DNA of 47,520 nt. It comes from an uncultured Thermoanaerobaculia bacterium (GTDB lineage: Bacteria; Acidobacteriota; Thermoanaerobaculia; Thermoanaerobaculales; Sulfomarinibacteraceae). Under the pieces are notes generated by a model. That model was not told the origin of the DNA. It did not search any database and was given only the letters and a program-made list of their open reading frames with translations. This document shows positions 29,626-38,711 of this stretch, piece by piece. Each line of letters starts with the position of its first letter. The first letter of the stretch is position 1. The stretch spans positions 15,826-63,345 of the forward strand of contig CAYRFI010000011.1 in NCBI GenBank assembly GCA_964423595.1, given 5' to 3'. The position numbers and the translations under genes were made by a program.

Positions 29626-31897
29626 CTGTCTGCCGCCTCCTGTTGAAATCAAATCCCGGATAGTCGATCCGGTGGTGGTACATGTTCGTGAGCACCCAGA
29701 GGAAGGCCGACGCCACCTTGTCGAGCTCCGAAAATGTGAGATCGCAATTGGCGAGCTGGTCATCTTCCAGGGCGTTGCTGAAAATCTTGTCGATCATGGC
29801 CTGAATTTTCACGGGAGTCGGACTTTCCAGGGTTCGCGCCGCCGCCTCGACCGCGTCAGCGAGGAGCAGGATTCCCAGCTCCTTGGTGTGAGGCTTGGGT
29901 CCCGGATAACGGTAATCGCTTTCACGGACCTCTGTTTTGTCGTTCGCGTTCCGCTCCTGCGCCCGGTTGAAGAAGTAGCGGATCAGTTTGGTGCCGTGAT
30001 GGGTAGCGATGGCCTGGCGGATCGGAAGGGGCAAATTCGCTTCGCGAGCGATCTCCAGGCCCTCCTTGACGTGACTCTGGATGACAAGGGACGACATCGA
30101 CGGCAAGAGCGCGTCGTGCGGGTTGCCGTTGCGCTGGTTCTCGACGAAGTACTCCGGTTTCACCAGCTTGCCGACATCGTGATAATAAGCGCAGACGCGA
30201 AGGAGAAGGGCATTGGCACCGACCGCGTCGGCCCCGGCCTCGGCCAGGTTGCCGACCGAAAGCGAATGTTGATAGGTTCCCGGCGCTTCGAGCGAAAGCC
30301 GTTTGAGAAGCGGCAGGTTCTGGTTGGAAAGCTCAAGCAGTCTGCTGTTGGTCGTGATGCCGAAGGCGCTCTCCAGCATTGGCAGGAAAAATGACACGAT
30401 ACCCACCGAAACCAGCCCGCCAACCAGGGCGCACGCGACCGACAGACCGATCGTCGACGACCGGTCCGGCAGACCGCGGTAGAGCTCCAGGACCAGTACG
30501 AGTACGACATTCGCGACACCGATAACCACCCCGACCCTGCTCAGAGACGCACGGTCACGCGACCGTTGCGCCGCGAAGGCGCCGATCGCGCCCGACGCCA
30601 GGGCGTAGACGGCAATCGAAAAATCGCCCCCCAGGAGGACGCCGGCGAGACCGGCTCCGCAGAGGGCGAAGAGCAGCGCCGGCTGCAGCCCGAACAGAAC
30701 GAGAACGGTCACCGGCCCAGCTGCGACGGGCAACCCCCAGAGATAGGCCTCAACCGTCGACAATGCCTCCCCCTGGGCGTTGAAGGCGACCGCATTCGCG
30801 ATGAACAGGCCAAGCCGGACTGCGGTTGCAAAGAGCAGCAACAGTATGAAGATCCTCGAAAGGCGGCGCTTGACCACCGCTGGACCGCCGGATTGACCCA
30901 TCACCGGCCACCATCCGATGACCATGAGGGTAACCAGCAAACCGATCCCAGCGACTCGGGCCCAGGACCCTACATCCCGACGTTGGCGCTGGAACACCAA
31001 AAGGGTGTCAGCCACTTCCTGGGTCACCGTGTCACCACGCCGCACCAGGACCTGTCCGCGGCGAAGCTCTCGCGACCGTGGCAGCACCGCTGCGGCTGCC
31101 ACCCGGCCGCGCTGCGACGTCTCCGCCCGGTTGAACACGAGGTCCGGGGAGATATTGGCCTCAAGGAAATCACCCACGGGCTTCATCCATCGCCGCGCCA
31201 CGGCGGGGCGTTCGAGGAGCGTGGCACGCAGCACCTGTTCGAGACCCGTGCGCACGTCGATGGCTGCGGAAAGCTCGTCGAGCCCGGCGGTCTTCTCGGC
31301 GCCAGAAGCGATGTTTCTGATGATGACACCCCGCGAACCGCGTCGCTCCAACGCTCTTCGATCATCGACGATGTGGTCTCGAAATACCTGACCGACGACA
31401 CCAACCAATGCACTTTCCAGGGGCTCGGAACATGACGAGGAGTCGAGAATGCGGAGTATCGCCTCGGTGGCCCGGAGGTCGGTAATGGCCTCGAGGTCTA
31501 CGACGTCTTTGTCACCAGCCTCTTGGCGTTCCCTGCACCCTTCAAAGAGTATGTGCAGCTCGTTCTCGAGCTCCAGCCTCAGTCGAGGCTCGAGGTCGTA
31601 CACCGGCAGCACAGAGGCTGCGGCCTCCTCCCGCGCAGCCCTCGTCGCCGCTTCGTCGGGGAGCGTTGTGTCGAACGGAATCACGAGGTCGAAGCTGGCC
31701 ACCTCCCCAGGCTGCCAATCGGGCGGACCGCCGAGGCGGGGAAGGACCAACCAGGTACAGCCGACGATTGCGACGACGGCCCACAGGACAGGAAATCCGA
31801 GCAGTCCGTCCCACCAGCTCACACCCTCCTCGAGGCCGCGCTCGATCCTCGTCGTGGATGATCTGCCCTCCGCCTTTTGTTGACCATTTTGCTTCAT
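29573..31897 (-). CDS. 7TM-HD (HDIG) phosphohydrolase, PgpH-like
   Basis: Extracellular domain, about 7 TMs, EAPGTYQHS, YYHDVGK, YFVENQ, HHGT, YRYPGPKP, LADAVEAA. Confidence 0.9.
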   Translation of the reverse strand: MKQNGQQKAEGRSSTTRIERGLEEGVSWWDGLLGFPVLWAVVAIVGCTWLVLPRLGGPPDWQPGEVASFDLVIPFDTTLPDEAATRAAREEAAASVLPVYDLEPRLRLELENELHILFEGCRERQEAGDKDVVDLEAITDLRATEAILRILDSSSCSEPLESALVGVVGQVFRDHIVDDRRALERRGSRGVIIRNIASGAEKTAGLDELSAAIDVRTGLEQVLRATLLERPAVARRWMKPVGDFLEANISPDLVFNRAETSQRGRVAAAAVLPRSRELRRGQVLVRRGDTVTQEVADTLLVFQRQRRDVGSWARVAGIGLLVTLMVIGWWPVMGQSGGPAVVKRRLSRIFILLLLFATAVRLGLFIANAVAFNAQGEALSTVEAYLWGLPVAAGPVTVLVLFGLQPALLFALCGAGLAGVLLGGDFSIAVYALASGAIGAFAAQRSRDRASLSRVGVVIGVANVVLVLVLELYRGLPDRSSTIGLSVACALVGGLVSVGIVSFFLPMLESAFGITTNSRLLELSNQNLPLLKRLSLEAPGTYQHSLSVGNLAEAGADAVGANALLLRVCAYYHDVGKLVKPEYFVENQRNGNPHDALLPSMSSLVIQSHVKEGLEIAREANLPLPIRQAIATHHGTKLIRYFFNRAQERNANDKTEVRESDYRYPGPKPHTKELGILLLADAVEAAARTLESPTPVKIQAMIDKIFSNALEDDQLANCDLTFSELDKVASAFLWVLTNMYHHRIDYPGFDFNRRRQTGDTGPHQVGSKAGSAGS

Positions 31898-32865
31898 GAC
31901 TGCCCGTCGTCCCGCGCCCGATTCTTCGTCTCCCACCGCGCGTATCGGTCGACAACGGCCTCCACCAGTGGGTGGCGCACCACATCTCGGTGTGTGAATT
32001 GAATGAAGGCAAAACCCTCGACGCCGTCGAAAATGTCAAGGGCTTCGACGAGACCCGACGCCCGCGCGCCCGGCAGATCAATCTGGGTAATGTCGCCGGT
32101 GATCACCGTCTTCGAGTGAAAGCCCATTCGAGTCAGGAACATCTTCATTTGCTCGTGAGTCGTGTTCTGAGCCTCGTCGAGAATAATGAACGCATCGTTC
32201 AACGTCCGCCCCCGCATAAAGGCCAGTGGCGCAATTTCGATGACCTGGCGGTCAAGCAGTTTCGAGACCTTTTCATAGCCCAGAATGTCGTACAGAGCGT
32301 CGTATACCGGACGCAGATAGGGATTGATCTTCTCGACCAGGTCGCCGGGCAGAAAACCGAGCCGCTCGCCGGCCTCGACCGCCGGCCGAACGAGCACGAT
32401 GCGCCGTACCTGTTTGTCCGTCAGCGCGGCCGCCGCCAATGCGACTGCAAGATAGGTCTTGCCGGTCCCTGCCGGACCGGTGACAAACACGTAGTCGTGG
32501 GAGGAAACCGAACGAATGAAGAGACGTTGGTTGAGGTTTCGCGGGGTCACGAAACGCCTCAAGGAGCTCGCAATCGACGCGTCGAGGAAGAACTCGACCA
32601 GATCGACCTCGAGATCTTCTTCCAGCACGCGCACTCCAGTCCGGTACTCCTCCTTACTGACCGCAGCTCCGGACGCCAACATGCGATCAAGGGACTCCAG
32701 AACGCGAAAGGCGATCACCTCTCCATTCTCTTCCCCTGACACCTGCACTTCTGGTCCGCGCGCGCTGACAGTAACACCGAGGCGCTCCTCGAGGTATCGG
32801 AGATTCTCGTCGCGCGTGCCGAAGAGCTGTTCGAGATGGCCTTCGCTGACGGTCAGACGCTGCAT
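31894..32865 (-). CDS. phoH: PhoH family protein
   Basis: GPAGTGKTYLA, RPAVEAGE.LGFLPG, LAFMRGRT, DEAQN, TGD.TQIDL, DVVRHPLV. Confidence 0.93.
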   Translation of the reverse strand: MQRLTVSEGHLEQLFGTRDENLRYLEERLGVTVSARGPEVQVSGEENGEVIAFRVLESLDRMLASGAAVSKEEYRTGVRVLEEDLEVDLVEFFLDASIASSLRRFVTPRNLNQRLFIRSVSSHDYVFVTGPAGTGKTYLAVALAAAALTDKQVRRIVLVRPAVEAGERLGFLPGDLVEKINPYLRPVYDALYDILGYEKVSKLLDRQVIEIAPLAFMRGRTLNDAFIILDEAQNTTHEQMKMFLTRMGFHSKTVITGDITQIDLPGARASGLVEALDIFDGVEGFAFIQFTHRDVVRHPLVEAVVDRYARWETKNRARDDGQS

Positions 32866-32890
32866 CGACTCGCCCGTACTGTTTGCCGGC

Positions 32891-33002
32891 CGTAGCCCGG
32901 GACAGCCATGTTCAAGGAAAAAAGTGGGTCTTCGTAATCCATGGGTTGACGCTCTATGAACGGCGCAACCGAGATCCGGTTGATCTTCATCCCGCCCACG
33001 AG
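32891..33002 (-). ncRNA. Candidate structured ncRNA, 6S-like (or structured phoH leader)
   Basis: Extended -10 TGgTACAAT (hexamer 33009-33014). Terminal stems CGUGG/CUACG and CGGGAUG/UGUCCCG, UCAA/UUGA, and an internal bubble containing ACCCAC...CCUUGAAC. Short for a 6S RNA. Confidence 0.45.
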
Positions 33003-33025
33003 GAGTCGATTGTACCAAGTGGGCA

Positions 33026-33574
33026 TCAGATTGACCGCTTGGAGTGCCACTCGGTCTCCGGAATGCCCGACGAGGCGTTGAGATACCGGGAGAGAGTGAA
33101 GAGCGCATCGGACAGGCGGTTGAGGTAGGCCTGGAGGCCTTCCGGCGCCCCGCCTTCAGCGCCCGCCAGCGTGCCAACACGCCGTTCTGCACGTCGACAC
33201 ACCGTTCGGGAAACGTGTGAGATTGCGGCGGCCCGGCTGCCACCGGGAAGAATGAATGCCGTCAAGGGCTCGATTTCCAAATCCATGGCGTCGATCCATG
33301 CCTCGAGTGAATCCGCGTCCCAGGCACCAGGATCGTGTTCAATGCGACCCCCCGGATCGGCAAGCGCCGCCCCTACCGAGAAGAGCGATTCCTGAATCTC
33401 CACCAGCCGTTTTTCGACATCATCGGGCAAGGGCTCGCAGCGCAGCAGTCCGAGCAGCGATGTCAGCTCATCGATCGTGCCGTACGCCTCGACGCGAATG
33501 CTCTCTTTGCGCACCCGACCACCCGAGAGGAGAGAGGTTTCTCCTGAGTCTCCTTTGCGTGTGTAGACCTTCAT
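33026..33574 (-). CDS. PduO-type ATP:cob(I)alamin adenosyltransferase
   Basis: KVYTRKGDSGET, AYGTIDEL, FILPGG, RTVCRRAER, YLNRLSD.LF..SR. Confidence 0.92.
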   Translation of the reverse strand: MKVYTRKGDSGETSLLSGGRVRKESIRVEAYGTIDELTSLLGLLRCEPLPDDVEKRLVEIQESLFSVGAALADPGGRIEHDPGAWDADSLEAWIDAMDLEIEPLTAFILPGGSRAAAISHVSRTVCRRAERRVGTLAGAEGGAPEGLQAYLNRLSDALFTLSRYLNASSGIPETEWHSKRSI

Positions 33575-33840
33575 TCGGGCATTCTACTGGCTTTGGCGCT
33601 GGTCATCCACCAAAAACCCGCTGGAGGGCGCAGGGTGCGCAGGGAGCATAAGCCGTTTCAGGGGGTGGGCGACCCTGGATCCTGCATCCGGGCGGGCGTG
33701 TGGATAGGTGAACCCTGTATCCAGGCAGTTCTTTGGCTGGATCGAGGGTTCGCAGAGCATTCTCTGGGCCCTCGATACACCTTCAACAGACCCCCTTGTG
33801 GTAATCTCGAAAGAGCTCACCGGAGCTCTTGGGAGGGGTG

Positions 33841-35280
33841 GTGGAGCTCAACGAACTGCTCATGTTCATGACCAAGAAGGGGGCGTCCGACCTCCACATC
33901 AAGCCGATGCGGCCGCCTCTGCTTCGGATTCAAGGCCGGCTCATTCCCATCAAGGCAAACCCTCTCCAACCCGAAGAGGTCGAGAAGATGCTCGGCGAAA
34001 TCTTGAAACCCGGCCAGCGAGCGCGTTTCGACGAGCGCCAGGCGGTCGACATGGGCTATGGCGTGCCGGGAGTCGCCCGCTTCCGGTGCAATATCTTCCT
34101 TCAGAGGGGCACCATGGCGGGCGTGTTCCGTCGCGTCCCCTTCGAAATTCAGGGCATCGAGGATCTCAATCTTCCCGATGTGATTGCGTCGTTCACCGAT
34201 TACCAGAGTGGCCTGGTGTTGGTCACAGGACCGACCGGATCCGGCAAGTCGACGACCCTCGCGGCGATGATCAACCTGATTGCGAAGGCCCGTCAATGCC
34301 ACGTCGTGACAATCGAAGATCCGATCGAGTTTCTCTTCCAGGACGACAAGGCAACCGTTTCCCAGCGCGAGGTCGGCACCGACACGCCGACCTTCCACGA
34401 AGCCCTGCGAAACTGCATGCGGCAGGATCCGGACGTGATCATGGTCGGTGAGATGCGCGATCTCGAAACCATGGCGACCGCGATCACTGCCGCCGAGACC
34501 GGCCACCTGGTTTTCTCGACCCTGCACACGAACAACGCCGCGCAGACTGTGGATCGGATCATCGACTCGTACCCTTCGGACCAGCAATTGCAGGTCAGGG
34601 GACAGCTGGCCCTGGTGTTGAGGGCGATCGTCTCGATGCAGCTGGTGGAGGACCATGAGGGTAAGCACCGCCTGCCCGCGTGCGAGATCCTGGTCAACGC
34701 TCCAAAGATCTCCAAGCACATCGAAAACGGCGAAATCAAAGAAATCCTCGAGGAGATGGAGAACTCGGTCAACTTCTACCACATGCAGAGCATGAACCAA
34801 TCATTGATCTCACTCCTTGCCCACAACAAAATCACCTACGAACAAGCAATTGATTCATCGAGCGAACCCGATGATCTCTCGCTCAAGCTGCGAGAGATGT
34901 TCCCGTCCATCGAAGACCGCTTTAGGGAGGGTGAGATGGCACCGTCGCCCGCAGATTTTTCTCAGATCACCGAGCTTCTGGAGACCAAGCGCCTCTACGA
35001 AGAAATGGAAGAGCGGCACCGAGCCAAGATTCAGGAGAAGGACGAACAGATCGAGGCACTCGAGGCCGATCTCACCGCTCTCAGGGAACAGGTCCAAGAA
35101 ACTTCGGGCAATACCGACGAACTGCGCCGCGAGGCCGAGATCGCCCGCTCCGAGGTGCAACGCGCCCGCGAGGAGGCGCAGCAGAAGATTAACGCTCTCA
35201 ACGAGCGGATCCGCGAGCTCAACCAGCAGCTCGGTGGCGGTGGCGCCGGCAAGGGTTCATCGGGCTTTTTCAAACGATAG
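33841..35280 (+). CDS. PilT/PilU-family type IV pilus ATPase with C-terminal coiled-coil extension
   Basis: ASDLHI, RFRCN.F.QRG, GPTGSGKSTT, TIEDPIEF, QREVG.DT, RQDPDVIMVGEMRD, AETGHLVFSTLHT. Confidence 0.9.
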   Translation: MELNELLMFMTKKGASDLHIKPMRPPLLRIQGRLIPIKANPLQPEEVEKMLGEILKPGQRARFDERQAVDMGYGVPGVARFRCNIFLQRGTMAGVFRRVPFEIQGIEDLNLPDVIASFTDYQSGLVLVTGPTGSGKSTTLAAMINLIAKARQCHVVTIEDPIEFLFQDDKATVSQREVGTDTPTFHEALRNCMRQDPDVIMVGEMRDLETMATAITAAETGHLVFSTLHTNNAAQTVDRIIDSYPSDQQLQVRGQLALVLRAIVSMQLVEDHEGKHRLPACEILVNAPKISKHIENGEIKEILEEMENSVNFYHMQSMNQSLISLLAHNKITYEQAIDSSSEPDDLSLKLREMFPSIEDRFREGEMAPSPADFSQITELLETKRLYEEMEERHRAKIQEKDEQIEALEADLTALREQVQETSGNTDELRREAEIARSEVQRAREEAQQKINALNERIRELNQQLGGGGAGKGSSGFFKR

Positions 35281-35513
35281 CCCCACCACCCATCCAGGCT
35301 TGAGGCTTGCTGACGGCCTTCGGCCGTCGCGACTCACCCCCGCCAGCGAGTGGCCGATCACCGGCACCTACACCCACCCTTCCTTTTCGGTGTCGGCCAC
35401 GAATTTCTGCCGGCGGCGAGTTGTGACCTGAGGCTTGGTGTTGCCCAACCTCCACCCTGATCGTCTACTCCTCTAGACGGCTCCTTTGCGTTAAGATCAC
35501 TGCCGGAGACAAC

Positions 35514-36869
35514 GTGCCTGATCTCACTTCCGCCGACGCGCTCCTTGAAGAGCTCCACGCCCTCCTCGTCGAAGGCGAAGAGGACGCGCTCAAGATCTTC
35601 CTGCGTCTTGTCCGTCCGGAGGACATCGCCGAGTGGCTGGAACTGTTGGCGACAGATGATCGTCAGAAGATCCTCTCGGCCCTCGATCACGAATCGGCAG
35701 GGACGGTCCTCACTGACACCACCGCTTCAATCCGCGCCGAGCTGGTCGAGGAGATCGGACCCGAACGCCTCGCGCGTATCGCTGAAGCCCTGCCCGCGGA
35801 CGAGGCAGCAGACCTCATCGGCGAGCTCGAGTTGGCGGAAACCGAAAAGGTCTTGCACCACATCTCGACCGAGGACGAGGAGGTCCTTCGACAGCTCCTG
35901 ACCTACCCGGATGACACTGCCGGCGGTATCATGAACCCGGACGTCGTCGCCCTCCGGCCGGGTGAAACCGTCGATGACGCCATCCGCTATTTGCGCTCGG
36001 TGGCCGAGGACACCCCAGTTTCCGCGGTCTATGTGGTCGACGAGGATCGCCGGCTTATGGGCTTTGTTCGCTTGCGGCGGATGGTCACGGCACGTCCGGC
36101 CGCGCTGCTCGGCGACATCATGTCCACCGATGTCATCTCGGTTCTGGTCGACACCGATCAGGAAGAGGTCGCGGACATTGTCGACAAGTACGACTTCCTG
36201 GCCATTCCGGTCGTCGACGCGAACGGCCATTTGATGGGCGTGGTCACCGTCGACGACATTCTCGGCGTCATCGAGGATGAGGCCACCGAAGATATCTACA
36301 AGATGGCCGGTTCCTCGATCGAGGAAGAGGAGTCGGAGTCGATTCTCCATGTCGCACGCTATCGTCTGCCGTGGCTGCTGGTGTGTCTCGCGGGGACCCA
36401 GCTGTCGTCCATGGTTCTCCTCTTCGCTTCGAAAGAGGTCCACCTTTACGACCAGATGTCAGTATTCACCGCCGCCATCATGGCGATGGCGGGCAACACC
36501 TCGCTGCAGTCATCCACCACGACCGTTCGACGGCTCGCCCTCGACACTCTTCCCCGATCGCGATTCCTGCGCCACATCTCACGCGAGGTTCTTGTCGCCC
36601 TCTTGATGGGCATCGTGTGCGGAGCCCTGGCGTCGGCACTTGCGGTGGTTTTTCATCACAACCCCTTGATCGGGCTGGCGTTGGGCCCGGCGATGGCGAT
36701 CGGCATGTCGGCCGCAAGCCTGCTCGGCGCTGCCATGCCGATGGTCCTCGACATCGCCGGTGTCGATCCCGCGGTTGCCTCCGGGCCACTGGTCTCGACG
36801 ATCAATGACTCCCTCGCCCTTGCGGTGTACTTCTCAGTCGCGACGGCAATGATGGTGTGGATTGGGTGA
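35514..36869 (+). CDS. mgtE: Magnesium transporter MgtE
   Basis: YPDDTAGGIM, tandem CBS domains, RLPWL, MAGN, DPAVASGPLVSTIND. Confidence 0.93.
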   Translation: MPDLTSADALLEELHALLVEGEEDALKIFLRLVRPEDIAEWLELLATDDRQKILSALDHESAGTVLTDTTASIRAELVEEIGPERLARIAEALPADEAADLIGELELAETEKVLHHISTEDEEVLRQLLTYPDDTAGGIMNPDVVALRPGETVDDAIRYLRSVAEDTPVSAVYVVDEDRRLMGFVRLRRMVTARPAALLGDIMSTDVISVLVDTDQEEVADIVDKYDFLAIPVVDANGHLMGVVTVDDILGVIEDEATEDIYKMAGSSIEEEESESILHVARYRLPWLLVCLAGTQLSSMVLLFASKEVHLYDQMSVFTAAIMAMAGNTSLQSSTTTVRRLALDTLPRSRFLRHISREVLVALLMGIVCGALASALAVVFHHNPLIGLALGPAMAIGMSAASLLGAAMPMVLDIAGVDPAVASGPLVSTINDSLALAVYFSVATAMMVWIG

Positions 36870-37050
36870 AGGCTTTACGGCTTTACGGCTTTACGGCAAA
36901 ACGTCAGGGCCTGCCGTCTCATTGTCAAGATCAGGTGCCGACTCGCCGTCTATCCGTATTGCCGTACGGCCTGGGTGCGCGGGTGGTGCCGTATAGCCGT
37001 GGGTGGGCGGACGGCGGTCCATTGGGAACGCGACCGGGATCGGGATCGGA
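36869..37050. repeat. 8-mer head-to-head cassette plus 6-mer tract between convergent genes
   Basis: aaggcttt acggcttt acggcttt acggcaaa ... ctcgccgt ctatccgt attgccgt ... atagccgt; cgggat cgggat near 37035-37046. Confidence 0.7.
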
Positions 37051-38316
37051 TCAGGCTGGTTCGGGATAGCCGAAGAAGTAGCCCTGTTGGAGCTCGATGC
37101 CGAGACTTTCGAGAGTTTCGACCTCGTCCTCGGTCTCGACGCCCTCGGCGATCACAACCGACTGGCTGTCACGTGCAAAGCCGGTAATCGCCGACACCAG
37201 ATTGCGTTTGATCGGCTCGTCGGGTAGGTCGCGCACCAGCATTTTGTCGAGCTTGATGAAATCTGGCTGCAGTTCGGCCAGCACATGAAGCGCGCTGTAG
37301 CCGGTTCCCATGTCGTCGATCGCGATACGGAATCCGTGTTTGCGGAGCTCCGCCACCCGTTCACGCAGCCTGCTGGCGCTTTCAGCATAGGTGCGTTCGG
37401 TGATCTCCAGGACGCACTCGCTGGGAGATCGCCCTGAATTCTTGACGCGTCCCGTCAAACCGAGCCCTTCAGACTCGATGTACTCGAGGCCGAGCATCGA
37501 CAGATTGACAAAGAGGATCGATCCCTCAGGCAGTTTTCGGGCGTTCCCGAGTGCACGATCCAAGCACAACAGCTCGACCTCGCCGAGCATGCCTGCCCGC
37601 TCGGTAAAACCGAAAAGATTGTCAGCAGTCTCCAGGTAGCACCCCTCAGGGCCGCGGCTCAGCGCTTCGTAACCGATGACCTCGCGCCCTGGCACGCGGA
37701 CAATGGGTTGGAACAGAGTGCGGATCGAGCCCTCTCGGAGGATCTGCCGCACCTCGTCGAGACGCGCTTGATCGAGAGCCTCACCGCGGCGGTGAAAATC
37801 CTGCCGGGCTTCGAGGATTCCGTTGTAGATAGTCCGCTCGACACGGAGGGCCGGACGCATCTTGATCACTCCCTGCCCAACACGCACCGCTACCTTTTCG
37901 CTCTCTCCGGTTTCGTGGGTGATGGTGATTCCGTCGATCAAGGAGTCGTGCAGACGGCCGGCCTCGAAATGGTCAGCCAGGATAACGAGAAAGATGTCGC
38001 CGCGAACATTCTCCTGACACAGGAGGCTGGCCGAGCCGGCCGTAGCTTCAAGCAGACCGCTGAGATGGCCGGCGACACTGAACAGAACAGCGTCATATCG
38101 TTCCCATCCGACGATTCGCTCGAGATTCTGTTCGTGCTCGATACGCACAAGGAGAACCTGAAGAGTCCCGCGTTCGTCCAGCATCCTGCGGATCCGATCG
38201 AGCACGACGGGCAGGGTCGGAAGCTTGGTAACGGGATCAAATAGGCTCGCGCGATACTGTAGAATCCTCGTCTTCAGCTCGACGGGATCGGAGATGACGA
38301 AGCCGTTGAGTGACAT
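37051..38316 (-). CDS. EAL-domain c-di-GMP phosphodiesterase with degenerate GGDEF domain
   Basis: FQPIV, YEALSR, FVN, LEITE, AIDDMGTGYS, IKLD, AEGVE, QGY; N-terminal DPVTKLP and RGDIF. Confidence 0.88.
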   Translation of the reverse strand: MSLNGFVISDPVELKTRILQYRASLFDPVTKLPTLPVVLDRIRRMLDERGTLQVLLVRIEHEQNLERIVGWERYDAVLFSVAGHLSGLLEATAGSASLLCQENVRGDIFLVILADHFEAGRLHDSLIDGITITHETGESEKVAVRVGQGVIKMRPALRVERTIYNGILEARQDFHRRGEALDQARLDEVRQILREGSIRTLFQPIVRVPGREVIGYEALSRGPEGCYLETADNLFGFTERAGMLGEVELLCLDRALGNARKLPEGSILFVNLSMLGLEYIESEGLGLTGRVKNSGRSPSECVLEITERTYAESASRLRERVAELRKHGFRIAIDDMGTGYSALHVLAELQPDFIKLDKMLVRDLPDEPIKRNLVSAITGFARDSQSVVIAEGVETEDEVETLESLGIELQQGYFFGYPEPA

Positions 38317-38321
38317 GCCGG

Positions 38322-38711
38322 CTACGCACTCGTGTCGGCGTCGGATATCTCGAGAAGCTGCCGGACCTGGCGCACCAGCTCACGTGGTGAAAACGGCTTG
38401 CAGATATAGGCATTTGCACCCAACTGCAGCGTGCCGAGCTGGTCCTGGTGACCGCTCCGGGCACTGACCACGAGTACCGGCACGTCTGCCCCTTTGACAT
38501 CGAGGCGGAGAAGCTTCAGCAGCTCCATGCCGTCGAGATCAGGCATCATCAGGTCGAGAAGCACGAGGTCGGGGGGATCGGCCAGCAGCCGGGCCAGAGC
38601 TGAACGCCCGTCAGTGTCGGTTTCCACCTGAAAACCGTCCGATTTGAGGATGGTAGCCAGGAGATCCACCATATCCGGTTCATCATCGACCACGAAAACC
38701 CGCGCCATCAA
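38322..38711 (-). CDS. Single-domain response regulator
   Basis: VVDDE, LLDLMMPDLDG, VSA, KPF. Confidence 0.92.
   Translation of the reverse strand: MMARVFVVDDEPDMVDLLATILKSDGFQVETDTDGRSALARLLADPPDLVLLDLMMPDLDGMELLKLLRLDVKGADVPVLVVSARSGHQDQLGTLQLGANAYICKPFSPRELVRQVRQLLEISDADTSA

Noticed and set aside
33575-33800. Cobalamin riboswitch upstream of the adenosyltransferase
   Set aside because: No GGGAA, GCCACTG or B12-box motifs, and the gene appears leaderless.
35281-35513. Possible M-box (Mg2+) riboswitch upstream of mgtE
   Set aside because: Only TGAGGCT and generic hairpins are present; the other conserved M-box segments were not found.
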